Source of the DNA: Halocafeteria seosinensis
Lineage: Eukaryota
Direction of reading: 5' to 3'
Assembly: GCA_001687465.1 (NCBI GenBank)
Contig: LVLI01000172.1
Coordinates: 248,001 to 312,000 of the forward strand
Length of the DNA stretch: 64,000 bases
Shown in pieces: positions 38,779 through 48,800 of the stretch (position 1 is the first letter of the stretch; every line of letters starts with the position of its first letter). The notes beneath the pieces are model-generated. The model saw only the letters and a list, made by a program, of their open reading frames with translations, did no database searches and was not told the origin of the DNA. Both the position numbers and the translations under genes were made by a program.

Positions 38779-41700
38779 ATGAGTCCATATGAGCACCCTG
38801 TACGGACATTGTCACGCGCGATGAACTCATCGAATGGACTGAGCTTTGAAACACCCCCAAGGAGTCCACGAGATAATCGAGGATACACTCGGTCAACGTG
38901 TGCGTCTCGCGCCAAGCGCTCTCACAGTGCGGTCTCCAACACCTTATCGCCACGGTTCTCCGGGGAAAGGGAAGTAGACGGTATACAGCGACGCTGTGAA
39001 GCGGGATGTCGGAGTCATTATGGACTCTCTAGAGAACAGAAAATACCCGCCACGACGAATGCACGATCTGGGCGGGCGTCGTACAACTCTGGCACCACGT
39101 TCTCCCAGGGTTCAGAGTTCTGGAAAGCCCGAAGCGAGAGAAGGAATACGAGGACAACGTCAACGGAAATGTCTGACCTTGAATATGCAAACTATATTGA
39201 TGAAGCTGTGGATGATGAAAGCACAGGGTCGTCCTCCTCAGAAAGTGCTTTCGAAGTCAACGAAGCCCGCATTGCGTCCCGCGTTCGGATTTCTCCCCCA
39301 CGCCGCCCACAGACATATGAAGAGCGAATATACGAAACTATCGAATACCTTCGGACGGTTCGCAGCTGGACTACAGTTACTATAACGGAGTTTGTTGCCT
39401 TGTGCCGGAAGAAAGTCGAGGAAACCTATGGTACTCATGGCTCCGACAGAGTCTTCGCTTCTCAGATGCTCATCCAGCTTCTAATGGAAGCCGGGCTGTA
39501 CGAAACACAGATTAAAGAAGCTATGAATAAGAGATACACAGGCCATGATCCAAATGAACGAACTGGAATGACGAAAGAAGTAAACCACTTTATTCAGCAG
39601 TTCTTTCAGCCGCTTGTTTCAGAGTTTCGAGAACGGCAATACAAGAAGCTTCGCTCGCGTTTAGATACCACCAAGGCTGCATCGATGGGCCTATTAGAAC
39701 AGGGTTCTGTTGGCGAAAGACTTATATTTGAAGTCGTTGAACATTTACAACACGAAAGGATGTTGAGTAGCAAAAAGGAAGCTTTCGCGTCATCTTGTCG
39801 GTGTCATTTAGAGAAATACTCTTTCCCCAAGCAAAAACTGTTGGTGGAAATTCTAGAAATTGTGCTACAAGAGCTTGGCTTAGTAGACTCCGGAAGTTTG
39901 CTGAGGGCATCGACGAGATCTCGTCACCAGGACGAGGAAATGGAGAGGTTGGTTTCTACTATGTTTACTAAGTTCCTCGAAACGTTCTGTGCCCTTTACT
40001 CTCTGGCAAATTTCGCCAAGAGTGCTCGTGAATATGTCAAAAGTGCCTATCAACGCTCGCGCAACGTCGTGCAGTTGGATCGCATATGTACTCCAAGTCC
40101 GAAAGTAGTTCAAATGAAGGAAATCTGTAGCCCAGAGTCCAAGGATGGAGAAGACATAAAACAGTCTGAGGAGGCGACAGTGTTCGATTTCTCAAATAAT
40201 GTAGATTCAAATTATCGACGAGCTATTTGGCATCTTCATAAAGCACGCGTGTACGAAGCCGTACAGAAGTACGTCTATCGACGTCGAAAACAAATCCGAT
40301 TGGACCGGGCGATGACTATTGTTCGTAAGGCTCAAATATTGGGAGCTCTGCAGCGATATATACTTCGGCGACGCTTAAGAAACGATTCCCGACTAAGCCA
40401 GGCGAAACAGCATGTTCACAAAGCGTTAATATATTGTGCATTACGAAGCTACATCCTCAGGCGCCGAGAAGAACAAAGAAGTCGTCTTGCTGAATTTGAG
40501 TCCCGAACTCGTCTGTTTATTGGTCATATGTATAAGGCGAAGGTATACGGTGTGCTCCATGATTACATCCAGCGGCGACGATATCGCCGCCATGAAATCA
40601 GGTGCACGATTCTCCATGTTATTGCTCATGTTCATAAAGCTCAAGTATACGGATGCTTGCAGAGATACGTCCTCCAACGCCGAGACAGGCAGTGCCGTCT
40701 GTCCGCGTCTCTTGGACGAATAGCTGATCATATCAAGTGTGCACGAGTGTATGCGGCGCTACGGATATACATTCTTCGTCGACAAGAGAGAATTGCGCGT
40801 CAATCTGAAATCAAATCCCGGATAAGACAGATTATTAGCCATGTGCATAAAGCCCAAGTTTACGGGGAATTACAAAAATATATTTGCGAATTCCAAGCAA
40901 GACGATCTAGGCTGTGGGAGATTGAGAACCGCATTCGGCAGGCTATCAACCATGTCCACAAAGCGCAAGTATATGGAGCACTCGATGGATGGCTTCGGCA
41001 CCGGAGAGAGAGACTTCGTCGCTTTTCGCAGCTCAAGTTCCAACTTCAGCAAGCCATTGCTCATTGTCACAAAGCACAAGTTTACGGGGTGTTACGTAAT
41101 TATGTTCGATCCCGTCGGGATAGGCGCGTTCGCTTAGCCGACATTAAACACCGAGTTCGTTCGGCCATTGACCATACTCATAAGGCCCATGTTTACGGCG
41201 CTCTGGTCAGGTTTATAAAGTGGCGACGAGAAAAACGAGCTCGTCTATTTGAAATAAAGTCACAGATTCGTCGAGTCATCAAACATGCACACAAAGCTCA
41301 GGTGTACGGAGCTATTGGAAACTATATTCGCCGATGGAGGGACAGACGGCGTCGTCTTGCGAGTGTCAAGAGAGGTATTGTGGAAGCCATTGAGCATGTG
41401 CACAAGGCTCAGGTGTATGGAGCTCTATACAGCTACATTTACCGCTTTCGAGAGAAAAGGGAGCGTCTGGTAGATATCAAAAACCGAGTTCGAGCGGCCA
41501 TTGACTGTGTCCATAAGGCTCAGGTTTGCGGTGTGATACAACTCTACATTCGTCAATGGCAGGCCGAACGAGCTCGTCTTGAGCAAATGAAAAACCGGCT
41601 TCGACAGGCCATGCACCATGTGAATAAGGCGTTGGTATATGGATGGATGAAGAGCTGCATTCGACGCAGCCTAGAGAAGAGAGCCCACCGCCGTGAAATC

Positions 41701-44700
41701 GAGTGCCGTCTTCGTCGTATCATCGCGCATGCTCATCGTGCGCAAGTATATGGCGTATTACATGTCTATATTCGGCGACATAGAGAGAGACATGCCTATT
41801 TGTCTGATTTAAAATCACGGCTGCTACAAGCTATTGACCATGTTCATAAAGCCCAGGTGTACGGGGAGTTGCGAAGCTACGTTCTCCGTCGGCAAGAAAG
41901 ACGGGCAGATGTTAGATTCCGAATCCAGCGAGTTATCGATCATATTCATAAGGCTCAAGTATATGGAGCATTAGCTCTTTGTATCCGGTCGCATCGGAGG
42001 AAACTTGCTCGTCTGTCCGATATCAAAAGCCGGGTTCGCCAAGCTATCGATCACGCCCATAAAGCACAAGTCTATGGACAGTTCCACAAATACATTCTCC
42101 GCCGTCGGGAAAGATGCGCACGTCGCTCCGCTATTGAGTTCCGAATCAGACAGGCCATTGAACATGTGCATAAGGCTCAAGTATACGGGACACTACACAG
42201 CTACATACTGTGTTACCGCCAAAAGAGACTCAAACGTTTGGCCCAGATTCATTCCCGAATTCGGCAAGCCATTGGTCATGTTCATAGAGCTCAAGTCTAT
42301 GGGGCTCTCATTGAATATGTTCACCAGTACCAGGAAAAACGATCTCGACGTGCTGATATCATGTACAGAATTCGTGAGGCTATTGCTCACACACATAAAG
42401 CCCAAGTTTATGGACAGCTCCAGAAATACACTCGCTTTCGTCGGCAAAGACTCGCACGTTTAGCAGACATTGAGTTTCGGATCCGAGAAGCTATCCACCA
42501 TGTTCATCGAGCCCAGGTATATGGTGTACTCCATGGCTACGTATTGCGAGCCCAACAGAAGCGAGTTCTTCGGCGGTCGGACATCGCATCGCGTGTGCGT
42601 CGCGCCATTGTTCACGTACACAAAGCACAGATATACGGGGTAATGCAAGAGTATATTCGTCGCTGCCGACAAACACAGATTCGTCAAAGCGGATTTAAAC
42701 TCCAGCTTCGGCAAGTAATTGTTCACTTCCACAAGGCCCAAGTATATGGCGTGCTACAAGAGTACATTCGCGCGTGGCGGAATAGACGAGCTCGTCGTTT
42801 GGATATTGAATCCCGGATTCGTCATGTGATTGACCACACACAAAAAGCTCAAGTATATGGGATAATGGCAAACTATATTCATCATCGGCAGAATAAACTT
42901 GCGTCTTTACGAAGCAATAGAAGGACGCTTTATCAATTCATTAAACACCTGCGGAAAGCTCAGGTATACGGGGCACTAAGCAGCTATATCCACCGTATTC
43001 GAGAAAGAAAAGCACGATCTAAGGTATATGAATCGGTTTGTCAGTACACACGAAGACGTCGAAAAGAACTGACTGCTGTGACTGGCAGTCGTATAGCAAA
43101 TCGACGCATGGATGCGGCCATCTCTAGTTCTTGCACGAACTGGGACGACATTGCGGCCCCTACTCCTTCGTTCGAGCGGCAACGTGTGCAGAACATGAAG
43201 CATCTGCAGAGTGATGCATCTGGAAAGGAACGCTCTTGCGTTCTACTAACGTCCAGACTAATTCTGCACTACCTCGTTTTTGGATTGATCGTGTTCATCG
43301 CAAGCGTATTCGACGTGCGGACGACACACCACTGCAAGACGGTATCATTGGGCGATGTGCTGGTCACTTCCAGTAAAATGCAATGCGTATGTCCGAACCC
43401 TGAGTCGTACTGGTCGCTTTATTACCGCGAGCACCTTGCCACGGATGAAGAAGTTGCTGAGTTTGCTGCCGAGCGTTTGCTGGCTGGGAAAGGAGGCAAT
43501 TTTTTATCTGAAGCATTTGGAACGGTACACACACCAACAGACGCACGAGGGGTAACCGACGGGCGTGAACGTAAACAGGTTCAGCGAACATACGAGCACA
43601 AAGACGTCGAATACAGACAGTACCGTTCACATTGGTCTAAGCGGGACAATACGCGGGATCTGAAGCAGTTATTTTGCGTCAATAGTGCTTGGGATAGTGA
43701 GACGATGCAATGGTTCTCAAGCAATAGTATTCCAGACGAGGAGGTATCTGAGAGTATCCGCGTAGAGCAAAGGATACCGAACTTAGACGGCCGACAAGAT
43801 GATGATCATCTTCCTGTAGGAGAAAGGACTGCGTCGAAAGGAAATGCCACCCTCAAAGATTCTTGTACCGTGGACAGAACGTCGGCTAGTAACCAGTGCC
43901 CATCACCCTTTTGGACTGAGTATGCTTGGAAGCTTGAGGGAAATCCTGCAGTAGCTGTGTCTGTTGCTAGAAGCTGGAGGTCTACTACATTCCGTTCCAC
44001 CCCCACTTCACGGGTAAAACTTGGGCTGCAGCCCTCTCAGGAGCCCGAGATTCCCGAAGCCTTATTTCGCCAATCCTCTGTACCGGTATCAGCAAACGTT
44101 TCATTTAATTTTGGCATAGCAGTGTCCTATGCTTCAAATACCGCTGCTCATGGTGAGGATACTGCTTACATTCCATCTGAGAGTCCTTCCAGCCACTTCG
44201 ATCCTTCGATCAGCGAAACGATGGATACGTCTGCCGAAGGTATAAAGAGTAACGTACATTCTCATACTGATGAGGAACGACTTTTGCCGCTTGACGGCGC
44301 AACAAAGTCTGTAGTCCACGATTATGAGCAAGATGTGGTAGCTGGCGTTACCAACCATACGATGGATACGTCTGCCGAAGGTATAAAGAGTAACGTACAT
44401 TCTCATACTGATGAGGAACGACTTTTGCCGCTTGACGGCGCAACAAAGTCTGTAGTCCACGATTATGAGCAAGATGTGGTAGCTGGCGTTACCAACAATA
44501 CGTTTTCCAAGAATCACTCGTCGGAGATGTTCGAAACTCCTCATTCCAAATCGCGTGTAGCTCGATTGATGAGCAACGATACACGGTTGGTAAACCACTC
44601 TCAGTACATGGATTCTTCAATGCCATCTAAGGGAACTGGTATACGGTCCAGTACGTTTACCCTTGTGCTTCTGGTTATAGGGGTTTTTTCTACGCTCATC

Positions 44701-45096
44701 GCGGCGTGCGATCTTCGGGAATGGTTATTTTCTGTCTTGCATCTGTATAGAGGATTTAGAGCCGATAACATGTGGCAGTGGGGAATGAAACTGTTTAGAG
44801 CCAGCAAAGTTGAGGACAGTGAGTATGCTTCTCCTGTTAGCATGCGGATAGAGGTTCAGAAACGGCAACAGGTATGGCAAGAGGAAGAAGACACGGCAAG
44901 TGCGGTGGGAGCGCTGGAGAGCCAGTTGGATTCTGCGGAATGGCAATATAGGAGCACCTCAGCGAAACGTGAGAGGAGTCGTGCACGGGCCCGTACAAGT
45001 TCACGATCGCGTTCCACCACTAGACGTAGTAGCCGCAGCACTCGAAAGCGAAGTGTCGGACGATCCACAGCGAAGAAGAAATCAGCGGGTAACTAA
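38779..45096 (+). CDS. Large basic repeat protein (~2100 aa) with ~26 x 37-aa HKAQVYG repeats and two TM helices (paralog A)
   Basis: Intronless ORF, first ATG at 38779. Repeat array ~40213-43060; hydrophobic segments at ~43258-43311 and ~44656-44706; Arg/Ser-rich C-terminus. Confidence 0.85.
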   Translation: MSPYEHPVRTLSRAMNSSNGLSFETPPRSPRDNRGYTRSTCASRAKRSHSAVSNTLSPRFSGEREVDGIQRRCEAGCRSHYGLSREQKIPATTNARSGRASYNSGTTFSQGSEFWKARSERRNTRTTSTEMSDLEYANYIDEAVDDESTGSSSSESAFEVNEARIASRVRISPPRRPQTYEERIYETIEYLRTVRSWTTVTITEFVALCRKKVEETYGTHGSDRVFASQMLIQLLMEAGLYETQIKEAMNKRYTGHDPNERTGMTKEVNHFIQQFFQPLVSEFRERQYKKLRSRLDTTKAASMGLLEQGSVGERLIFEVVEHLQHERMLSSKKEAFASSCRCHLEKYSFPKQKLLVEILEIVLQELGLVDSGSLLRASTRSRHQDEEMERLVSTMFTKFLETFCALYSLANFAKSAREYVKSAYQRSRNVVQLDRICTPSPKVVQMKEICSPESKDGEDIKQSEEATVFDFSNNVDSNYRRAIWHLHKARVYEAVQKYVYRRRKQIRLDRAMTIVRKAQILGALQRYILRRRLRNDSRLSQAKQHVHKALIYCALRSYILRRREEQRSRLAEFESRTRLFIGHMYKAKVYGVLHDYIQRRRYRRHEIRCTILHVIAHVHKAQVYGCLQRYVLQRRDRQCRLSASLGRIADHIKCARVYAALRIYILRRQERIARQSEIKSRIRQIISHVHKAQVYGELQKYICEFQARRSRLWEIENRIRQAINHVHKAQVYGALDGWLRHRRERLRRFSQLKFQLQQAIAHCHKAQVYGVLRNYVRSRRDRRVRLADIKHRVRSAIDHTHKAHVYGALVRFIKWRREKRARLFEIKSQIRRVIKHAHKAQVYGAIGNYIRRWRDRRRRLASVKRGIVEAIEHVHKAQVYGALYSYIYRFREKRERLVDIKNRVRAAIDCVHKAQVCGVIQLYIRQWQAERARLEQMKNRLRQAMHHVNKALVYGWMKSCIRRSLEKRAHRREIECRLRRIIAHAHRAQVYGVLHVYIRRHRERHAYLSDLKSRLLQAIDHVHKAQVYGELRSYVLRRQERRADVRFRIQRVIDHIHKAQVYGALALCIRSHRRKLARLSDIKSRVRQAIDHAHKAQVYGQFHKYILRRRERCARRSAIEFRIRQAIEHVHKAQVYGTLHSYILCYRQKRLKRLAQIHSRIRQAIGHVHRAQVYGALIEYVHQYQEKRSRRADIMYRIREAIAHTHKAQVYGQLQKYTRFRRQRLARLADIEFRIREAIHHVHRAQVYGVLHGYVLRAQQKRVLRRSDIASRVRRAIVHVHKAQIYGVMQEYIRRCRQTQIRQSGFKLQLRQVIVHFHKAQVYGVLQEYIRAWRNRRARRLDIESRIRHVIDHTQKAQVYGIMANYIHHRQNKLASLRSNRRTLYQFIKHLRKAQVYGALSSYIHRIRERKARSKVYESVCQYTRRRRKELTAVTGSRIANRRMDAAISSSCTNWDDIAAPTPSFERQRVQNMKHLQSDASGKERSCVLLTSRLILHYLVFGLIVFIASVFDVRTTHHCKTVSLGDVLVTSSKMQCVCPNPESYWSLYYREHLATDEEVAEFAAERLLAGKGGNFLSEAFGTVHTPTDARGVTDGRERKQVQRTYEHKDVEYRQYRSHWSKRDNTRDLKQLFCVNSAWDSETMQWFSSNSIPDEEVSESIRVEQRIPNLDGRQDDDHLPVGERTASKGNATLKDSCTVDRTSASNQCPSPFWTEYAWKLEGNPAVAVSVARSWRSTTFRSTPTSRVKLGLQPSQEPEIPEALFRQSSVPVSANVSFNFGIAVSYASNTAAHGEDTAYIPSESPSSHFDPSISETMDTSAEGIKSNVHSHTDEERLLPLDGATKSVVHDYEQDVVAGVTNHTMDTSAEGIKSNVHSHTDEERLLPLDGATKSVVHDYEQDVVAGVTNNTFSKNHSSEMFETPHSKSRVARLMSNDTRLVNHSQYMDSSMPSKGTGIRSSTFTLVLLVIGVFSTLIAACDLREWLFSVLHLYRGFRADNMWQWGMKLFRASKVEDSEYASPVSMRIEVQKRQQVWQEEEDTASAVGALESQLDSAEWQYRSTSAKRERSRARARTSSRSRSTTRRSSRSTRKRSVGRSTAKKKSAGN
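40213..43060 (+). repeat. Coding repeat array, ~26 units, modal 111 nt / 37 aa, diverged at the DNA level
   Basis: Recurring RxAIxHVHKAQVYGxLxxYIxRRRxRxxRLxxIxxRI units counted in the translation. Confidence 0.92.
44218..44496 (+). repeat. Near-exact in-frame tandem duplication, 141-nt period (47 aa)
   Basis: acgatggatacgtctgccgaagg...gctggcgttaccaac at 44218-44355 and again at 44359-44496. Confidence 0.95.
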
Positions 45097-45825
45097 TTAT
45101 TAGCCTTGCGAGCGACGCTCATCTCACTGGTACGTCCAGATATACTACAGGTTAAGGATGTTCTCTACAAAGTAAGTTGTGCCACTTAGGCATACGTATG
45201 TATCTGAGCTCTGGCACTCGGCGTCCTAGGGGGGTCTTCCTCCAACACCGAAGGAAGTTGGTCGACCTTAAAAAGACCCCGTCGTTTCCCTCGAGGTAGA
45301 TGTCCTTCTCGGACGTTAGCAAAAACTTATATATGCATTCAGTGAACATCTTGTAAGCATTTTTGCTAGGGCTGCAAGATGGCCCTTGACTACAAACTGC
45401 AACATTACAGTTGGCTCTTTCACGGCGTACATGTAATGCATCGCTAACTATCAAAGCAATACATAACAACAAAGTCACTATTGGCTTCCTCTCCCCTTTT
45501 ATACACGAGACGTTTTTCAAGAAGAATACGGCGATACTAGATGACTTGCGTGAAACTCGTTAATGCTGCTTACTTCACACCACACTACCTCAAATTCATC
45601 CGTGCCGTTCAGAAGACGTCACATTCCAGTTGTGTAACGTACCAAAGTTTGCCAGGTTTTTCTAGTAGTTTCTGTTGCAATTGTAGCCCGTTGCATCCAT
45701 GTGGGTGCTACATTGGTAAGTGCACAGTATGTATCTGTGGCCGTAGCACGTCATATACAAGGAAAATAGAACGTGTACGGGAGATACAGGTGGTATTTTT
45801 CTGTCGTTGCAAGTCCTAGATAAGA

Positions 45826-48800
45826 ATGGATTTTCTGGACTTTGAGACACGGTATCAAACTCCCACAAAGAAAGAAAGGCGTCTTAACCGAAAGCACTCT
45901 CATAACAACAGTTTTATTCAACCGACTTATTCTTCTCGGGCGAAATCCAGAGGAGCCTCTCCGGAGGCAGATGAAGTGGGTTCAGGCGCACAACCACACC
46001 CCAAACGTACCCATTCAGCAAGAGCACCTTCTCGTGGAGAGCCTCAGAGGGAGTTGACCCCAACTCGCAATGGAGGGTACTCTTTCACTGACCAACACAC
46101 AGTGGGAGGATATGCGCAACCGACGTTGGCTTCAAGGGCAAAATCTGTCCCTCGCAAGCGTGGATCATCCTCTGTGGAGGAAACACTAGGTTCGCCGAGC
46201 CACTATATTCGTTGTGAGGGATGCCGACGTTTTCACGAAAAAGTAGAAGATCACGATGCTGATAATGAATCCACAAACGGAACCCACGAGGAGGGCCACG
46301 GGCCACACGAGGAGCACATTCATGCAGCGGTACCAACGGCAGCTCCACGCTTGAGGAAGGCACCGGTCAAAAAACCAAAGCCGCCAATTCAAAAGAAATT
46401 AAACTATGAGAGGGCTGGGAACGGAGCCCAGGAAGCTAATAATCTTGATTCCGCTTCTTCAGACGATGAAGCTGTGTATGCTGGGGCGCTTACTTATGAA
46501 GAGACCATAATCGTGGAAGCAGTTTCATATTTGAGACGGCTTCACTCATGGACGACAGTAACAATAACGGAGTTCATTCGGAGGTCTTATGTTTTGGCGG
46601 AAAGCAGATATGTTTCCCATAAAGAATATGCGATAAATATTTTGCATCATCTATTTACGTTGTCAGGATTGCTGGATGTAACTCCACCCCCGTCAGAACA
46701 GGTTCCTTACAAAGGAACTGAAAAGGATATTAACCGAGTTGTCGAGCACTACTTTAGTGGATATGTTGACAAACTGGTAGAAGAACAAGAAAGAAACGTC
46801 AACCATGATCACGAACAAGAGAATATCGAAAAGCAAGCTGCTATACACGACTTGTTTCAACACTTGATCGAAGGCATGAAAAAAGAGAAAGTGCAAAGCT
46901 TCCTGAAAACATCTGTTCTCCGAAGACGGCAAACGCTGTTGCTAGCAGTAAAACGGAAAGAACTGCGTGAAAAGATACTGGCCGCAAAACAGCATTACCA
47001 AAGGGCCCTGGCGTACCACTTCCTACGGGAAACAATCGTAAGGAGACGCACACTGGTAGAGGAACAAGAAAGATTCATCAACCATGATCACGAACAAGAG
47101 AATGTCGAAAAGCAAGCTGCTATACACGACTTGTTTCAACACTTGATCGAAGGCATGAAAAAAGCGAAAGTGCAAAACTTCCTGAAAACGTCTGTTCTGC
47201 GAAAAAGGCAAAGATTGATGCTAGCAATAAAACGGAAACAACTGCGTGAAAAGATACTGGCCGCAAAACAGCATTGCCAAAAAGCCCTGGCGTACCACTT
47301 CCTACGGGAAACAATCGTAAGGAGACGCACACTGGTAGAGGAACAAGAAAGATTCATCAACCATGATCACGAACAAGAGAATGTCGAAAAGCAAGCTGCT
47401 ATACACGACTTGTTTCAACACTTGATCGAAGACATGAAAAAAGAGAAAGTGCAAAGCTTCCTGAGAACATCTGTTCTCCAAAGACGGCAAACGCTGTTGC
47501 TAACAATAAAACGGAAACAACTGCGTGAAAAGATACTGGCCGCAAAACAGCATTGCCAAAAAGCCCTAGCGTACCACTTCCTACGGGAAACAATCGTAAG
47601 GAGACGTACACTGGTAGAGGAACAAGAAAGATTCATCAACCATGATCACGCGCAAGGGAATATCGATAAGCAAGCTGCTATACACGACTTGTTTCAACAC
47701 TTGATCGAAGGCATGAAAAAAGCGAAAGTGCAAAACTTCCTGAAAACGTCTGTTCTGCGAAAAAGGCAAAGATTGATGCTAGCAATAAAACGGAAACGAC
47801 TGCGTGAAAAGATATTGGCCGCGAAACAGCATTGTCAAAAAGCCCTAGCGTACCACTTCATACGAGAAACTGTCGTAAGGAGACGCGAAGAAAGAGTAGT
47901 CGTGGAGCACATTAGGAAAGCTCAAGTGTACGGAGTACTGAAGAAATACGTGACTGTTAAACAAACACAGATACGCACGCGGGAGATTCTTATCCGGGAC
48001 CACCTGGGGAAAATATCTCATATGGTGCGGAGCGAGCAAATATGTACACTTATACATAAGACGGCGCTCCGTCGTCGGAAATACAGGATACAAACGGCAC
48101 TGGTGTACGCAACACTGAAAAGGTATCTTCACCGGCGGCGAGCGAAGCAAGATATGTTTAAGCGGATAGCTCGGGCTAGAGTCCACATGTGTAGGGCTCT
48201 GGTCTTTGGGACTCTCAGTAGGTACGGTTTGCGCATCCGGAGGACAATTGCGAACCGAAACCTCAGATACAAAACAGTACTTGATAGACTGAAGAAAATC
48301 GTGAATAAAGCTCGGATTTGCAGCGTTATTCGAAGGTACGCATTGCTTCGCCGCAATGAAGCTGCCAGAAAGGATAAAACCTGCAAACGAGTTAGCGGTC
48401 TTATCAGTCGGTCCCGTGTGCGTTCCTTCGTCCTTAGAGTTGTTGTATTGAAGAGAAAATACGTACTCCTCAAGAGACGCGCTGCATTGCGTGCTGATAT
48501 TCTGAGGGCTGCCCAACATGTCCATAGGGCGCAGGTGTATGGTGCTCTGGGGGCGTTTATGCAGCAGAAAAGGAGAGAAGCCATCAAGAACACTTTGGTC
48601 AAAGCGTTCGACAATGTCCACCGTGCTCAGGTGTATGACATTATGCTGAAGTATGCTAGGAGACGGAAATTACTAAAGTCTCTGACGAAAAACCAACTCA
48701 CGACTCGCGCCCGTTTTAGGATTGTTCGACCGGCATTCTGGATCTTCGTTTTCCTAGCGTTGTTTTGCTCAGTGGTCCTCTATTTTTCCGTTCTTGATCA

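Noticed and set aside
45229..45280. Imperfect hairpin ggggtctt...aagacccc between the two paralogs
   Set aside because: An 8-bp stem is compatible with chance, and bacterial-style terminators are not expected in this eukaryotic context.
46773..47888. Regular repeats as a CRISPR array or satellite
   Set aside because: No unique spacers; units are in-frame multiples of 3 inside a long ORF.
47845..48621. 258-aa minus-strand ORF
   Set aside because: Lies wholly antisense to paralog B and has no recognisable motifs.
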